Below, in pieces: positions 59,700 through 64,000 of a stretch of 64,000 nucleotides of DNA. The stretch covers positions 1,163,659 to 1,227,658 of the forward strand of contig NW_005434669.1 in assembly GCF_000315625.1 (NCBI RefSeq). The letters are read 5' to 3'. The notes under the pieces are model-generated. The model was not told the DNA's origin, did no database searches, and saw only the letters and a program-made list of their open reading frames with translations. Source of the stretch: Guillardia theta CCMP2712 (Eukaryota > Protista > Cryptophyta). The stretch's first letter is position 1; each line of letters begins with the position of its first letter. A program made the translations under genes and the position numbers.

Positions 59700-62600
59700 A
59701 ATGTAAATCTGCAAGCAAACACCACAGGTCGAGGGACCTTGCTTCATTGATTACTTCTTCATTCAGGTTCACAAATCACATGGCGTTCACAGCATGTGTG
59801 ACATATTGTCGATTTAAGTCAGTTTCCTGCACAACTAAAACAGTCTCGAGGATGGCCCCTCCATGGGCATAGACTTATGTTTGTGAATAGACTATGGATA
59901 GAGACAAATCACTCTGGAGTGGCTTATTGTAGCTGAATGAAAAAAATACTTATGCACAAATAAACCTGTACATTGCCCATTTATTTGATTGCGTAAACCA
60001 CCTAATCATAAGCAAATCGTTCTACTTGCTTTCTCCTCCTTGTTGAATAGTTTGAGAATTTCATCCCGAGTAGAATCTGAGGAGCTAACTCTCATGCATT
60101 CTCGAGGATTTCAGGATAATAAACTCAAATAGGTTCGATATTGCAAAGTGCAATAGTCGTCTTCGTATCTTGATTTGACTCTGAAAGATTTGCTGAACTT
60201 TTTAATGAATTTGAGGCATCATTGTTACATGACAGGCAGAAATTGTCCGAATTGAGAGGTAAAAGAAGGGCTTGATGTAGGACGGCTAATTCTGCTGAAA
60301 CCGCATGATGCATCGACAAACTTCAAATTCGAGACAGAGAATATACTTTGCAGCCATTGACTACTCATGTTTAATAACAAAGATCTCTCAAAAGCAGATA
60401 TTTGTTTCTGTTCGGTTTGTTGTCATCCTTGAAAGTTGGAAAGGTCATGTAGATCGTTTCTGAAAGCCTCAAAAGACGGTGCCTTCATGTGAAAATACTT
60501 GTCAAATCCTTGATCCTTGCTTCTTGCTTTGTTTTGTCGTCATGGGCAGCGTTCCTCTTGCAGTTGATTGCACGGAAAGAACTTTATATATCCGCCTGCC
60601 ACATGCTTGGAAGCTGACAGAAGAATTTCCTTGTTAACTCCAAAATATCATTCAAAAGGAAGTCGGAGGATTTTTTGCAGCAACAAGACTAATCGATGGC
60701 TTCAGCTGAGCGACCTCGTTCAATTCTCAAGCAAGCTCATCCTACTTCAAGCGAACGTCTCTTGAGCATTGTAACACAGTTGTCTGTCATTAAACCGAAA
60801 CAGTTTCGAGCAGGTCTGACAAATTTCGTGTAGTCCTCAACTACAATTTTCGGGTATATTGTGATTGTGTGTTTGCTGCAATCAAATTATTTGTCTGGTT
60901 CGTTAACGAGGAACTCCTTCAAGATAGATTTGCTGTCGATTTCCGAGCAAAGCAGGTTTATCTTTAGTCAGTCTTCCGGTATCACACGCTTGATATCTTT
61001 TCGCTTCTTTCTTTTCTTGAATACGTTTTGCATATTTGAACAATTCTCTTTTGCATGAACAATTGTCTTCGCAGTTCTGGTATATTCTTCATAATGTCTC
61101 AAAACTATGGACGAAACTGTATTTCGCCAACATTTATCGAATCAAAGTGACAAAGTAGTTGGATGACTGTCAGCTTGTCTTCATTCGTAGCTTTTGTTCA
61201 TTATATCCTTGTTGCTGTCAGGTCTCAAGGTGGACAAACGATATCAAGTTATCGAGGAGATCTTGATGTGTGCTGCAATGAGACTGCTGTGACGCGTGTT
61301 TGCTTCGAGGCATGTTTGCTTCGTGACATGAGTAAAAACAGCCTTGTTCACGAAACGATGCGATCTGGTGGTATCTCGGTGGGGGGCCGAACAAAAAGTG
61401 AGATTTCAATCGATGTAACTTTTATGACCTACAAATATTCTTTCCTGCCCTTGTCTTGTGATCACACTACCGTTCATTTTGCTATCCCTCGTCCACGTTG
61501 TGTGCTGATGGCGCTTTAACCAAACATAAGATCAACCTGATTGAGCATGTAATCTCTTTCGTCGATGTCTTCATCACCCATCGGTGGGAATTCTCCGTTT
61601 ATCTGAGGCGCCCCGCTGCATCTTGCTGGTTATCTGCTTTTCTTCTCTATTGCCTTCTGCCTTTTCGACGTCTCCTGTCTCTTGCTTCCAAACATCCGTC
61701 CGTACATTTATCTTATGCATTTGCTTCTTTTCAATGCATTTTTATATACTTTTCTTGTGTTTTTTGTTCTGCCTGACTATCTTTTGATGTCCAACTACAA
61801 ACTCCCCTTGATTCTCTTTGCAATTGAATCGAAGGATAATTTTATTGATTCAGATCACACCATAGTTTCATATTGGTGGGTTGTGTCAGAACAGGCTGTT
61901 GGTAGGAATGGTGGCGGGAGCGAAGCCGTTGCTTCCTCAGAGGCTAAGTTGAACTCAAGGCAGGCGGCAGTGTTTGACCATTGGTAGACTCAAAGATTAG
62001 GGGAAAATCATCAGGAAAACGCAGTGATAGTATTTGGGCAAGCGAGTCAAGATGGAAAAAAAAAATTCATTCAAGCAGAGAGGAAAATGAGCAACCGTCA
62101 GCTCAGAATGCATGATGTACGCCAGACAACCTAAGGTGGGAACAGAGGGGGCGTGTTTCTCAACTGAGGCTGAGGGTATCGAATACAATAATGTCCGACT
62201 TGGCATGGAGGAAACATGAGTTCACAGATATAAGCCCAAACTCTCCGCTCTGATAATGAAATCCGCTGCTATTCCCGAGAATATTTCGTGGTATGCTGAA
62301 TTAGGCATGTTCTCTTTATGTTCTGTTATTAAAAGTCTGATTTCTAGATAACAGACATGACAACAATGTATTTTCTGTAGTCTATTCTGAAATGTTAAAC
62401 GCGCGATGACTGACAAGATGTGAATGAACTGTTATCCATTCTTCGGGGTTGTACATTTCTTGGAGAAATACTGTTCCCTTTGGTCATTTTTCTGCAGAGA
62501 CTCACTTCCGTCCATCTTTTGAAGATATTTTGGATTCGAGATGTCGTAATCTTCTGTCGATCTCACCAAGACTGCCAAGTTTAGTCATAATTTTGGGTCT

Positions 62601-63352
62601 CCCGAGCCATACTCCTTTTGTATCAGCAGCGATCCACTGCAAAAGCCTTGTGTTAACTCTATTATCATCGTCATTGCTGTCACATTGACTTGAAATTTCT
62701 GATTTACAACATTATCAGCATCATTGAAATCGTGCTGTGTATCTCTTCTACAACTACAGTAGTAGTTCATGGTCAACATCATAAACAGAATTTTCACATG
62801 ACTCTCTCCATACAAACAGTGTAATTATTTCAATCACTGTATCCTCTTTGAAATATCAGCTTGTATGTCAGGTTCATCACGCCTAATTTTCTATCCATAT
62901 AAAAACATTGATATTTGTGAGCTTATTACACACGTACCGCATCAGGAAGTAAGTCAGGATCCCTCTCATAATAATTTCCGATCGCGTTTTGAGCCATGTC
63001 TGGCAGCTCCATGTCGGGGGCTGGTAGAGCTTCATACACCTGTGGTTGCTTGGGATACCAACCAGCAGGAGCAGCATCAGCCTCTGAATTTCCTACTTGC
63101 TTTTTAATTGCCCGCATGCTTTCACAAAATTCCTGAATCGAACATTCATTTTGTTGCAACATCAATGCATAGAATTACAATCTTTTCCATTGTCGATTTC
63201 CATCTGGACTCATCGTCTTCAGAGAAGCTCGTAAAAAATCTTCTCCGTGTCTGTAAGTCTTGGTTAAATTGACTGACTGTTGTGCTTTTGCTTACCATCA
63301 AAGTATTTTCAAAAATCATTTCGATTTCACTCTTAAGTAGGTAGATAGACAT
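59700..63352 (-). pseudogene. AT-rich subtelomeric coding-like region; 5' exons look intact, downstream frames are broken
   Basis: A 46-nt GT-AG intron at 63133-63178 joins MSIYLLK..MEKI to EFCESMRAIKKQ in frame. Further downstream there are only short stop-interrupted protein-like fragments, and GC is visibly lower than in the rest of the window. Confidence 0.35.
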
Positions 63353-63654
63353 GGCTTTTTCCTTGAGATCAAACTATTCAGGCAAAAAAAATCGATAAAC
63401 AAAGTATGATACATGATAAGCTCTTTCATGGATGGCAGGCAGAGGGTTTGCCACTGTTCCTCCACAAAGAACAAACAACAAAAGGCAGCTTGATGTCTTC
63501 AGCATCAGAACAGCGTTCCGAAACTCGAGCTGAGGAAACAGAATATTTGATGAATCATGCATCTTCAGTCAATTCACTGTTTTGGCCAGACATGCATGTC
63601 GTGACCGAGGAGAATTTCAATGCATTCGTACCCAAGCGAGAGCGACATGGAGTG

Positions 63655-64000
63655 TTTAGGGTTTAGTTTAGGGTTTAGGGTTTAGCCTTTCGTTGGGTTT
63701 AGGGTTTAGGGTTTGGGTTTAGCCTGGTTTAGGGTTTAGGGTTTAGGGTTTAGGGTTTAGGGTTTAGGGTTTAGGGTTTAGGGTTTAGGGTTTAGGGTTT
63801 AGGGTTTAGGGTTTAGGGTTTAGGGTTTAGGGTTTAGGGTTTAGGGTTTAGGGTTTAGGGTTTAGGGTTTAGGGTTTAGGGTTTAGGGTTTAGGGTTTAG
63901 GGTTTAGGGTTTAGGGTTTAGGGTTTAGGGTTTAGGGTTTAGGGTTTAGGGTTTAGGGTTTAGGGTTTAGGGTTTAGGGTTTAGGGTTTAGGGTTTAGGT
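63655..64000 (+). repeat. Telomere (TTTAGGG)n with variant proximal repeats
   Basis: G-rich strand runs toward the window end; degenerate units at 63655-63727, then a pure array. Confidence 0.99.

Noticed and set aside
1-64000. tRNA, rRNA, prokaryotic operons, autonomous transposons
   Set aside because: None recognised by eye; a tRNAscan/Infernal run would be needed to exclude small RNAs.

Overview
This is eukaryotic nuclear DNA: the last 64 kb of a chromosome arm, ending in a (TTTAGGG)n telomere from about 63655. It is gene-dense, with many short (~40-60 nt) GT-AG and some GC-AG introns, and microsatellites inside introns. A cryptophyte alga (Guillardia/Hanusia-like) is inferred from the telomere type, intron sizes and lineage-typical gene families; this is not proven. 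Recognisable genes: cytosolic PGK, a calcineurin-B-like EF-hand protein, ALG14, a PH-PARP, an HRI-like eIF2-alpha kinase, PRP16/DHX38, an EsV-1-7-repeat protein and three FHA-domain genes. Main observations: (1) two intronless, near-identical receptors (plant-type LRR + 2 FN3 + TM + three class III cyclase domains) form a ~3.9 kb-arm inverted repeat around PGK. They differ almost only in short patches at exposed LRR positions, one FN3 loop and the juxtamembrane linker, and the catalytic residues are split between cyclase domains 1 and 3. (2) A single spliced reading frame joins rhodanese, dual-specificity phosphatase, FHA and Pin1-type parvulin domains. (3) GC-rich islands built from short palindromic words occur only upstream of gene starts. 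All exon structures were read by eye and no database searches were run.
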